A stretch of 37,082 nucleotides of DNA from a virus (taxonomy: Duplodnaviria > Caudoviricetes), in the IMG/VR virus record IMGVR_UViG_3300044670_001591, positions 1 through 37,082 of that record; one strand, written 5' to 3'. Both the position numbers and the translations under genes were made by a program. The notes beneath the pieces were generated by a model. It was not told the origin of the DNA. It saw only the letters and a list, made by a program, of their open reading frames with translations, and searched no databases. Shown piece after piece: positions 1 through 8,016 of the stretch; the first letter of the stretch is position 1; each line of letters opens with the position of its first letter.

Positions 1-2
1 CC

Positions 3-536
3 GAGCAGATGGTGCATGAACTGTGGCACCTAATCCACGCGCTCATTCTGGCCTTGGCCGAGGTCGCAGAGGTAGACCTGTGGCTAATGGAGGCCAACCA
101 CGATGGCATTCTAGGGCACGCCCTGTTCGCCAGCCTGAGCGTAGCCTTCGGGGATTCCGAGCGCGTCCACATCAAGCGAGACCGCAGCAGCCCCCATGGC
201 CCCTACCAGTTGGGTGTGTACGGCAAGACTCTGCTAGGCTTCGCCCACGGTGATGGGCGGCACAGCCCTGCGGACCTCTCGGCTGTCATGTCACAGCAGG
301 GTCGAGCGCACTGGAGCAGTACCGAACACCGTATCTGGGTGACTGGCCACCGCCACGCCCATAGCGTGCGGGAAGACCACGGTGTCGAGGTTCACGTCAT
401 GCCGTCCCTGTCTGGAGCCGACCGCTACCACGCAAAGAACTGGCCCATCAAACAACAGCCCCGCATGAAGGCCTTAGTGCTGCATCCCGAGGACGGCTTG
501 GTCTGTTCTATTTTTGGCAAGCCTAGCCTTGACTAG
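3..536 (+). CDS. Calcineurin-like metallophosphoesterase (C-terminal part; 5' end probably outside the window)
   Basis: Motifs ANHD (GNHD-like), FAHGD, VTGHRH and SL..ADRYH, typical of phage metallophosphoesterases. The frame is open to the window edge. Confidence 0.75.
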   Translation, partial: EQMVHELWHLIHALILALAEVAEVDLWLMEANHDGILGHALFASLSVAFGDSERVHIKRDRSSPHGPYQLGVYGKTLLGFAHGDGRHSPADLSAVMSQQGRAHWSSTEHRIWVTGHRHAHSVREDHGVEVHVMPSLSGADRYHAKNWPIKQQPRMKALVLHPEDGLVCSIFGKPSLD

Positions 537-575
537 GATTTGCTAGACGTTACAGACTGCCAGGAGAGGCCGCTG

Positions 576-740
576 ATGCAGAAACAGCTGGAACGTCTAA
601 GCAACGAACTGATAAAAACGGAGCAGGGTTTTGAGCAACTACTCGACCTGCTGCGCGACCTCTACCACGCCGAAGCTCTGGACGACGAATACCTTGAGCA
701 GATCGAAGATTTGTTTGAGGCTCTTGAGCAGGACCTGTAG
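576..740 (+). CDS. Small acidic helical hypothetical protein (54 aa)
   Basis: AGGAGA RBS at 562-567 before ATG 576. Its stop overlaps the next start (TAGTG). Confidence 0.7.
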   Translation: MQKQLERLSNELIKTEQGFEQLLDLLRDLYHAEALDDEYLEQIEDLFEALEQDL

Positions 741-916
741 TGCCCATCTACGAATACCGATGCGACGAATGTGACCACGAGCACACGGAGATGCGGAAGG
801 TCGCAGAGCGCGATACGGAAACCAAGTGCCCCGAGGGGCATGCCATGAAGCGCAAGGTCTCGGCCTCGAGCTTTTCACTGAAGGGAAGCGGCTGGTATCG
901 GGACGGTTACAGTTAG
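740..916 (+). CDS. FmdB-family zinc-ribbon protein (58 aa; not in the ORF track)
   Basis: Manual translation MPIYEYRCDECDHEHTEMRKVAERDTETKCPEGHAMKRKVSASSFSLKGSGWYRDGYS contains the MPIYEYxCxxC...CP...FxLKGSGWY signature. Confidence 0.88.
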   Translation: MPIYEYRCDECDHEHTEMRKVAERDTETKCPEGHAMKRKVSASSFSLKGSGWYRDGYS

Positions 917-924
917 GAGAAGCC

Positions 925-1566
925 ATGGGACAGTTGAACGCGAACATGCCCTACATCAGCTGCATGATTCGACCAGAGTTTTCCGGCCTCAAGACTCTGC
1001 TCGAGGGCTACATCTTCGGGGTCAAGAGCATGCTGAACAGGCCACTGCACTTCCACTTCCAGGGTGCGAACGGTGCTGTGTTTTGGAACATGCCCATCAG
1101 CGCCTTTGTCCACCGGGAAGATTACGCGGTGCTGTCCGATGACGAAGCCAAGCGGCTGCAGTTGCTGGAAAGCTGGGACTGTCAGTCCAACAACATCGCT
1201 GTGACTACCTTTGCTTTTCTGCAGAACAAGCGGGTGGACATATTCTGTCGAGACAGACAGTGGCGGTCGGGTAAGTACATCACCACCATCGACGACTACG
1301 AGGGCGACCTCAACGAGATTAACGTAGGGTACGCCAACGACCAAGACAGCAAGTGCTTCCACTTCATTGAGATGGACGACGGCAACTTCTGCTGCCAGCC
1401 CAACAACCTACTGCGGTGGCACAACGCAGACTTCATTGTGCCCTACCCCAAGGACGACCCGCCTCGAGTCAAGGTCTTCAAGGAGGCTCTGTCCTCTGAA
1501 GACATCGACCGCTCGTATGGTAACAGCCCGTACTACTTCTACGGCTATCACTCCGAGGGCGACTGA
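925..1566 (+). CDS. Conserved phage hypothetical protein (213 aa; LNANxP...NGAVFxxxPISAF...GNFxxQPNN family)
   Basis: AGGAGA RBS before ATG 925; the annotated 826 start overlaps the FmdB gene. Motif pattern recalled from uncultured aquatic phage proteins. Confidence 0.75.
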   Translation: MGQLNANMPYISCMIRPEFSGLKTLLEGYIFGVKSMLNRPLHFHFQGANGAVFWNMPISAFVHREDYAVLSDDEAKRLQLLESWDCQSNNIAVTTFAFLQNKRVDIFCRDRQWRSGKYITTIDDYEGDLNEINVGYANDQDSKCFHFIEMDDGNFCCQPNNLLRWHNADFIVPYPKDDPPRVKVFKEALSSEDIDRSYGNSPYYFYGYHSEGD

Positions 1567-1937
1567 CCCTCTTCCTCAAACTCAGCAGCCTGGGCGGTGG
1601 ACACCGTGATGCCGCTCGTGCTCATGTTGAGGTCTAGCGAAGAACCAGCTGCTACCGCCACCAGTGCGATAAAGCCAACCAGTGCAACGGCGACCATGGC
1701 CAGCGTGTTTCGGTTCACGTTGGCTCGCAGTTCGGCAAGGCCCTGGTGGGTCTCTTGCTTCAGCGCGTTAATGGCTTCTCGGTTGGCGGCAGACTCAGTC
1801 TTGAATGCTTCGACGATGCGGTCGGTCTGCTTTTCGTTAGACTTTGAGCTTGCCTCGGACAAGCGCATAACGGCCTTTAGCCACACGCTGTCACTCAAGT
1901 CTTCATCGGCAACGATGGCATCCCATTCTGGAGACAT
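1548..1937 (-). CDS. Coiled-coil plus single-TM membrane protein, possible holin/lysis accessory (129 aa)
   Basis: GGAG RBS before ATG 1937, hydrophobic stretch LAMVAVALVGFIALVAVAAG, last gene of the structural cluster. Confidence 0.55.
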   Translation of the reverse strand: MSPEWDAIVADEDLSDSVWLKAVMRLSEASSKSNEKQTDRIVEAFKTESAANREAINALKQETHQGLAELRANVNRNTLAMVAVALVGFIALVAVAAGSSLDLNMSTSGITVSTAQAAEFEEEGQSPSE

Positions 1938-1955
1938 GGTCACTCCACTAGGGGG

Positions 1956-1984
1956 CTCATAACCCGCTGTGAAGTTTTAGTCAC
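1956..1984 (-). promoter_or_regulatory. Putative promoter GTGACT-N15-GTTATGAG
   Basis: Member of the recurrent intergenic motif, fixed 15-bp spacing to GTTA. Confidence 0.55.
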
Positions 1985-2274
1985 GCCTGCCGAGCGGCCT
2001 TGCGAGCAGCCCGCCGAGCCTTTCGCGCAGCCCGTTTTTCGGGGTCAACGCGGAAAGTCTTGATGAAAAGCGGAACAAGGATGCCGAACAACTTTCCGTC
2101 CAAGGCCTCAGCCGCAATGCCAGGTGCGCCAGGAATGAGAATGTCCAAGGGCAGAGCTACGTCAAGGAACTCCGAGACCGCTTCAACGATTTTGTCCTCG
2201 TCACCGCCCGCTTCAATCAGGTCGTCAACAAGGTCGCTAACCCCAGCCCACACTGCAATAGGGTTGATGTTCAT
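1981..2274 (-). CDS. Small protein with hydrophobic core and Arg/Ala/Lys C-tail (possible holin-like)
   Basis: GAGG RBS, C-terminus RAARKARRAARKAARQA, position next to the membrane gene. Confidence 0.55.
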   Translation of the reverse strand: MNINPIAVWAGVSDLVDDLIEAGGDEDKIVEAVSEFLDVALPLDILIPGAPGIAAEALDGKLFGILVPLFIKTFRVDPEKRAARKARRAARKAARQA

Positions 2275-2301
2275 AACTAGCCTCTGCTTTGTAAAGTTTT
2301 G

Positions 2302-4482
2302 TTAGATGGGCGAACCGTCTTGGAACGCCACACCCTCGACCTCAATGGCCCAGATTTGAATGTCGGTCGCTCCGCCGCCGCCGCCGCCATCTGCAGTCAT
2401 GCTGAACTGGAAGAGGACGAGGTCGCCAGCGTACAGATCCCGAATCGAGTAGGGACCAAACTCTTCCGACTGCAGCTTAGTCGGGTCCGTGGTCGTGGTG
2501 ACGCGGCTTGTGATTTGGCCAGCAGTCGCTGTCAGGGTGGTAGTGTTCGCTTCGGTTCGGGCGACCGGAGTAAGCCCTCCCGCGCTATCTGCAACCAAAA
2601 CTCCCGCGCGCTCAACTCCCAAAATACGCCCCTCGATGGTGGGTGCGGCGAAGAACTGCAAGTAGTTGAAGATGACCCGAATCCGAATGGCGTGCGCCGT
2701 GGAGATGCCGTTGGGTAGCAAGAACTGCGTGGACACCGTGTCTCCGCTACCGTTCAAGCGGGCGTTGTCTAGGGCGTGCGTCCAAGTCCCCAGCCCGGTA
2801 CCGACGGTGGCTTGGCCGTTGGCCGTAGTGCCGCCCCCGGCGAACACGTTACCGGCACCCACCAGCGTCCGTCGCCATTGGCCTAGGCCGGTCGCAGCGC
2901 GTTGGCCTCGGTCGTTGATTTGGGTAGAGCTTTCCTCGAGCCACCAACGCTCAAACGTGGGCACGGTTGTAGCTACGGTGTTGATTCGCACCCGAACCCA
3001 GTATGCGTTGACGCCGTCGATGGTAAGCGTCGCCCAGGTCGTGGCGCTATCCAACCCGTAGGTGATGCGCTCTTCGCTGTTTGCCCGAATGAAGTAGCTT
3101 GAAGAGTAACGGTACCTTTCGGCATCGCTGGTAGCCATGGCCCCAATCTCAGCCCAGTTCGCTCCATTCCAAACTTCAAAAACGTAGGAGCCTCCGACAG
3201 CTGCCGCTACCGTGCTGATGCGACCACCCCAGTGCTTCAGCGGGTTAGACGCGCCATCCCTGCGCTGCGTTGCGAAGTAGATACAGTGGTTGGCTGCAGT
3301 TCCCTGGAACGTGAAGGTGCTGCTGTCCAAAGACTGCGCCGCAGTTGTCACGTCGGTGAGGTTGCCCCCCACAGCGACACCCGTAGCAGTCGAGTCGGAA
3401 GTGACCACCTTAATGCCATCACCGTAATCCGCGCCCCTACCGCTAATGAAGCTACTACCCTTCTCGGGAAAGCCCAGCGCAAAATCTTGACCAATGATGC
3501 GATGCCTCGCCTCTCGGACAACAGTAGGTTCTTGCGAGAACTGAAGCACGAAGTCGGCGTTCTGTGCAGCTGCCGGGGGAAACGAAAACAGCGGCTCCAG
3601 CGAAGTCGCCAGAGTCGTCACCTTTGTTCCTGTCCCTGTCAAAAGCGGGTCAACTAGCACCGTGTAGGTCACGGCTCCGAATCGGCCTCCAGTCGAAATA
3701 AACGTAACGCCATCTGCCGCAATGCGGACTGCGTTAATGACGTTGAAGATGTTGGGGCTGTACACAATGGCAGTGCCCGTCCCCTCCAACTTCACACCGT
3801 CTACGATGTTGTTGGAACCGGCGTTGAAGCCCTGACCCTGGAACCGTCCGGTGCCCTGCACATTGAGGGCCGAGAGCGTGATGCCGCTGGACTGGGGGAA
3901 GTGAACGTCGTCAAGAGACAGCACCCCCGAGTCCACCCGCAGGCCCGCGTTGAACCCGCCAGTCTCAAAGCGAATGGTGCCGCCAATGAGCTTACCAAGG
4001 CCGGTCTTGTAAATACCGTCGCCAGAGCCCGCAGCGCCGGTACCCGTGAAGTTAAGGCCTGTGACGCTGGCTGTGCCTCCGCTGTGGACAAGGCCTGCCA
4101 ACCCTGCACCGGCTGGACAGATAATGTCGAGGTCGTGAACTGCGCCGCCCGCGATGTTCAGCGTGAAGATGCTCGAGGTCGCCGCATTCGACCCAACTCG
4201 GGTAGATTCCCAGCCGTAGCCTCGCACCGTCACGTTGGCCGGGACGTTAAGACCGAACTCTGCGTAGGTTCCGGGGCGCAGCAGAACAACCGATCCCGAA
4301 ATGGCAACGGCGAGAGCGGCTGCAACCGTGGCGAAGGGCAGGTTCTGGTCCCCAAAGGCACCCGTGCCGTCGTCGCCGTTAACCGAGTCAACGAAGACCG
4401 TGTTGCCGGTGTCGATGGTTGTAATGCCGCCGCCGCCACCACCGCCGCCAGTTCCAGGCGCTGGGATTTGAATAGTAGACAT
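2302..4482 (-). CDS. Tail spike/fibre with parallel beta-helix (pectin-lyase-like) domain and C-terminal beta-sandwich (726 aa)
   Basis: VFVDSVNGDDGTG...PFATVAAAL...VLLRPGTY beta-helix cap motif and Gly/Thr-rich sequence. The start overlaps the upstream stop (TAATG at 4482). Confidence 0.75.
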   Translation of the reverse strand: MSTIQIPAPGTGGGGGGGGITTIDTGNTVFVDSVNGDDGTGAFGDQNLPFATVAAALAVAISGSVVLLRPGTYAEFGLNVPANVTVRGYGWESTRVGSNAATSSIFTLNIAGGAVHDLDIICPAGAGLAGLVHSGGTASVTGLNFTGTGAAGSGDGIYKTGLGKLIGGTIRFETGGFNAGLRVDSGVLSLDDVHFPQSSGITLSALNVQGTGRFQGQGFNAGSNNIVDGVKLEGTGTAIVYSPNIFNVINAVRIAADGVTFISTGGRFGAVTYTVLVDPLLTGTGTKVTTLATSLEPLFSFPPAAAQNADFVLQFSQEPTVVREARHRIIGQDFALGFPEKGSSFISGRGADYGDGIKVVTSDSTATGVAVGGNLTDVTTAAQSLDSSTFTFQGTAANHCIYFATQRRDGASNPLKHWGGRISTVAAAVGGSYVFEVWNGANWAEIGAMATSDAERYRYSSSYFIRANSEERITYGLDSATTWATLTIDGVNAYWVRVRINTVATTVPTFERWWLEESSTQINDRGQRAATGLGQWRRTLVGAGNVFAGGGTTANGQATVGTGLGTWTHALDNARLNGSGDTVSTQFLLPNGISTAHAIRIRVIFNYLQFFAAPTIEGRILGVERAGVLVADSAGGLTPVARTEANTTTLTATAGQITSRVTTTTDPTKLQSEEFGPYSIRDLYAGDLVLFQFSMTADGGGGGGATDIQIWAIEVEGVAFQDGSPI

Positions 4483-5255
4483 TACTCCACCTTCCAAGAG
4501 AGCAGGTCAACGTGCCCATCTTCTTCTAGCGTGCCAATGTGGAACCCGAACTCGTCAGGTCCAGAAGCCATGAAAGTGGTTCTGCCGTGGCGGAAATATT
4601 CGATCTCGATCCCACTGTACGGCATTAGGATTCGGAAGATCAAATCCACGCCGTCGTCCTCGATGCTGTACGTGATTGGCCCCGATTCCGGCAGCAGGTT
4701 TTGCCTGTCGCCAAGGCTTGTCGTGCCGAGCGGTGGTCCCGCGCCGGTTTCGCTGTAGAGCGACGCGCCGAAGTAGACATTCGGCATCGAAATCCCGAAG
4801 CGGTAGATTTTATTACTGCTCGATTCTCGCAGTGAAAGCCCAATAGTCCGCGATCCACCGAAGCCGTCAAACATTGCTGTCAGCTTCCACGGGGTTGCGG
4901 GCGCTGCAACAAACCTGTGCCGGATGTGGTTGCCGCTTGCAATGCCCGGCGTTGTGATTGATTGAAAGGGACCAGGCGTAGATACGGTTGCCGTCGCGCC
5001 GCCGCTCGTCTGGTTGTTCCAACTCCACCCAGCGCTTGGCACAGGCGATAGCTCAATGTCGCGAAGGAACTTCGTCCAAGTACCTGCAGAGAAGCAGCGC
5101 AGCGTCAGGCCTGGAAGGTCGCTGGCGTATGCGATGTCGCCTGCAGATGGCGTGAGAGCCAGAATGTTTGCGTAGGTGTCTAGGGTTGCCACGATGCCTC
5201 CTCCGCCACCGCCGCCCCCACCAGATGCCGGTGCTGGGATTTCAACGGTGGCCAT
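4482..5255 (-). CDS. Virion accessory/receptor-binding protein, possible concanavalin-like lectin fold (257 aa)
   Basis: N-terminal IPAP-polyGly anchor shared with the 726-aa protein, beta-rich C-terminus. Confidence 0.6.
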   Translation of the reverse strand: MATVEIPAPASGGGGGGGGGIVATLDTYANILALTPSAGDIAYASDLPGLTLRCFSAGTWTKFLRDIELSPVPSAGWSWNNQTSGGATATVSTPGPFQSITTPGIASGNHIRHRFVAAPATPWKLTAMFDGFGGSRTIGLSLRESSSNKIYRFGISMPNVYFGASLYSETGAGPPLGTTSLGDRQNLLPESGPITYSIEDDGVDLIFRILMPYSGIEIEYFRHGRTTFMASGPDEFGFHIGTLEEDGHVDLLSWKVE

Positions 5256-5256
5256 G

Positions 5257-5718
5257 TCATTGCCCCTGTGCGCGAATAACTACGTTGACCTTGCCCGTAA
5301 CGCCTGAGATGGCGAGGAACAAGGCATTGCTGGGAACGCTAACCGCGTAGACTGCAGCCCCAGTCGTTTGGTCTCGGACGTTGACCTTGTCCGAAGAGAC
5401 CGTAGCCGAGGGCGCGATGGTCAGGCCGACGATGCGCAGCGCCTGGTCGCCGTCTGGGATAGTAGCCGGGTCCAGCTTTGCGACGTCCACAATGCCGGGA
5501 GCGTCGATGTAGTCAGCCGGGTTCTTGGGAATGGGGGCCTCAAAGAGCATCAGCGTGGCGGTGCCCGTGGTTGCGTCGGTCGGGTCGCCGCGAACTTCCA
5601 GAGACACGACCTCACCAGAGCGGCCCATCTGGTCAACAAGGATTGGGTTCGACCAGCCAACACCCAGCCCGTCGGGCTCGAGAGTGGCCTTGAAGGTCTT
5701 TACGGACGGAAGGCTCAT
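5257..5718 (-). CDS. Small beta-rich virion protein (153 aa)
   Basis: Own promoter motif upstream, alternating hydrophobic strands, located in the fibre cluster. Confidence 0.6.
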   Translation of the reverse strand: MSLPSVKTFKATLEPDGLGVGWSNPILVDQMGRSGEVVSLEVRGDPTDATTGTATLMLFEAPIPKNPADYIDAPGIVDVAKLDPATIPDGDQALRIVGLTIAPSATVSSDKVNVRDQTTGAAVYAVSVPSNALFLAISGVTGKVNVVIRAQGQ

Positions 5719-5747
5719 TGCGTATTCCAGGCAAGGGTGGTGGGGGT

Positions 5748-5776
5748 TTCATAACACACCGACCAACCTGCAGCAA
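5748..5776 (-). promoter_or_regulatory. Putative promoter TTGCTG-N15-GTTATGAA
   Basis: Recurrent motif in an intergenic gap. Confidence 0.65.
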
Positions 5777-5779
5777 AGG

Positions 5780-7966
5780 CTAGGTAATGTCTACCTCGAC
5801 GTGCCGCGCGTAGTAGGTTGCGGTGTCTGGAAGGTACTCAAAGACGAACAGCTGGTAGACGGCGGGGTTGGCCCCCGCAGGAGCGCCTGCGCTGAAGGTA
5901 ATGTCCGAGGCCCAGATAAGGGGAGCTACACCAGCGGGCCGTCCCTTCATCCACAACTTGTGCGTGCCGCCAAGGCGGGGGTGGCGGAAGCTGATGTTGA
6001 CCTCGCCATCTTGCGCGGCTTGGGCAGACAGGTCGATGATTTGGTCTTCGCCGCGAGCCCAGTCAATGAGGTTAAACGACTCGGAGCCCGAGGACGGTAC
6101 GACCACTCGGAACATGCCATTGGTTCCGGGGTCGTTGATGCGGGCTCGAGAGCCAGAGCCGGGGTCGTAGCTGCACTGGTTGCCGCCGCTATCCGCCGAG
6201 ACCCAGATGGCGTCAACGCCCCCGCGCTGCGTCGTGATGTCGGACACGTCGGAGACGGAGATGTCGTGGCCCGCAGCCACCAGCACAAACTCGATGTTGG
6301 TGATTTGAGGCCCGCGAAGTTCGACCTCGCCGCCAGGGTGCCGCCCTGCCACCTTCTCGTTGGTGCCGAGCTTGGGGCGGGTGGTAATCAGACCGGGCAC
6401 CGTGTAGCCGGGGCCGCCCTGCTGCATGCCAACGACAACGCAGATGTAGCCCCCGCTCTTGCGGTGGAACGTACCCTTCTCGCAGATAATGTGGGCATGC
6501 GACCGCAGCCACAGCCCGCCCTCGACGTGGACATGCGAGCCCTTGCGCATCCACACCGAGGCAATGGTGCCCGTGGTGAAGCCCGCGTCAGGGGGCAGGA
6601 CGTCGGTGCCGTCCATGGTGCAGCCGGTCTTCACAATGAGGGTGGTCGAGGTCAGGTCCATACAGCCGTGGTCGGGGACGTCGGTGTAGTTGCGCAGGTA
6701 CACGCGCTCGAGTTCGACCTCGGTCTCGTTCATGTACCAGGCCAGCGTCAGCGCATGGCAACCCTCGAGCCGAACCGGGGAGTTACCCGAGAAGGTCAGG
6801 TCGGTGAGGTTCTGCATGTACAGGTGCTTCATCTTGAAGCCCGAAGAGTCGTAGATGCGCGTGGCCTCGTCGCCTGGAGCAAACACGCCGGGGCGCAGGT
6901 TGACCTTGGTCAGCAACAACTCGGGGTTGAAGATGGTCAGGTCGCCCTCCCACGTCGGAGCCAACTGCCGGTCAGACAGGTACAGCGTGTGGGTACCAGA
7001 GCCGCCATCGTAGGTCGAGCGGTTGATGTGGGCGTAGTCCGTCGTGTTGTCGAAGTCGTAGCCATCGACGGCAATCCACTGCCCCTTGTACAGGTCGTTG
7101 GTCGTACCCGGCAGGGCTGCAGTGGTGATGATTACGTTGCCGTCCTCAAAGGCCACGTCCAAGAAGGTCGCCGTGAAGGTCGCAATCTGCGAGGTGGCGC
7201 TGGTGTCGAGGCTACCCTGGATGGTCACGTCGTCGAGGCTCCCCACCAGAGCCTGCCCGCCCCAAGCGTAGGGGTTGCCCGAACCGTTGTGAACGAGGCG
7301 AATGAAGACCTCGTCCTTCTGCAGCCCGTTGCGGTGGTGGGGAATGTCGAGGATGGCCTTGTCAATGGTAGCGTAGGCCGTCCCAGCCGTCTGGCCGTCG
7401 CCCGTGGTGTCGCTACCGGCCACGTTGTCAACGAAGACCGTGCGGGTGCCTGCAACAGCGGCCTCCCAGTCTGCGTCGAACTCGTCGCGCCACTTCTGGT
7501 CGAGGGTGAACGGAGCAGTGCCGAAGCCCTGGAACAACTGGGGAGCAATGACCACCTTGCCCGTCACGCCAACCGTCAGCACCTGACCCACCTTGCGGAC
7601 ATTTGCAGGGGGCGTCAGGGTCACAGCGCCGGGTGTAGTACCCGAGAGGTAGACCGGGTCTCCAATCGCCGCCAGCGACGTGTCAAACTCAACTACGAGC
7701 AGGGTACGGCTACGGAACTTGTCGCGGCGCTCAGTGTCCGATTCTTGGATGGCCTGACCCACAACGAACAGAAGCTCCTGACGCCACGTTCCGTCGGCCA
7801 CACCCAGCTGAACCGCCATGTAGGCCTCGGAGTCGTTCATCGACTCGACGGCGACCACCTGGCCCACGGAGAGCGGCGCTCCCGTCTGGTTCTGCAGAAC
7901 TCGTTGGTTGAGTTCGTCGGAGAGCAGCATGGGCTTGACCCAGCGAGGCTCAACAGATTGGCTCAT
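5780..7966 (-). CDS. Fibre/spike protein: N-terminal cement-like domain, beta-helix, C-terminal fibre tip domain (728 aa)
   Basis: NQTGAPLSVGQVV...IGDPVYLS...VGQV at the N-terminus, VFVDNVAGSDTTGDG...YATIDKAI beta-helix cap, and IDWARG..QIIDL...LIW...FEY at the tip. Confidence 0.7.
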   Translation of the reverse strand: MSQSVEPRWVKPMLLSDELNQRVLQNQTGAPLSVGQVVAVESMNDSEAYMAVQLGVADGTWRQELLFVVGQAIQESDTERRDKFRSRTLLVVEFDTSLAAIGDPVYLSGTTPGAVTLTPPANVRKVGQVLTVGVTGKVVIAPQLFQGFGTAPFTLDQKWRDEFDADWEAAVAGTRTVFVDNVAGSDTTGDGQTAGTAYATIDKAILDIPHHRNGLQKDEVFIRLVHNGSGNPYAWGGQALVGSLDDVTIQGSLDTSATSQIATFTATFLDVAFEDGNVIITTAALPGTTNDLYKGQWIAVDGYDFDNTTDYAHINRSTYDGGSGTHTLYLSDRQLAPTWEGDLTIFNPELLLTKVNLRPGVFAPGDEATRIYDSSGFKMKHLYMQNLTDLTFSGNSPVRLEGCHALTLAWYMNETEVELERVYLRNYTDVPDHGCMDLTSTTLIVKTGCTMDGTDVLPPDAGFTTGTIASVWMRKGSHVHVEGGLWLRSHAHIICEKGTFHRKSGGYICVVVGMQQGGPGYTVPGLITTRPKLGTNEKVAGRHPGGEVELRGPQITNIEFVLVAAGHDISVSDVSDITTQRGGVDAIWVSADSGGNQCSYDPGSGSRARINDPGTNGMFRVVVPSSGSESFNLIDWARGEDQIIDLSAQAAQDGEVNISFRHPRLGGTHKLWMKGRPAGVAPLIWASDITFSAGAPAGANPAVYQLFVFEYLPDTATYYARHVEVDIT

Positions 7967-7987
7967 TGGAGGCTCCTATACCCCGAG

Positions 7988-8016
7988 TTCATAACACGCA
8001 GGCCCTATCTGGGCAC
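7988..8016 (-). promoter_or_regulatory. Putative promoter GTGCCC-N15-GTTATGAA
   Basis: Recurrent motif. Confidence 0.55.

Noticed and set aside
529-556. TTGACT-N14-GTTACAGA promoter before the 576 gene
   Set aside because: Plausible, but spacing is one base short of the family, so it was not counted among the 11 copies.
2302-7966. Diversity-generating retroelement targeting the fibre genes
   Set aside because: No reverse transcriptase and no TR/VR repeat pair with adenine-specific mismatches seen.
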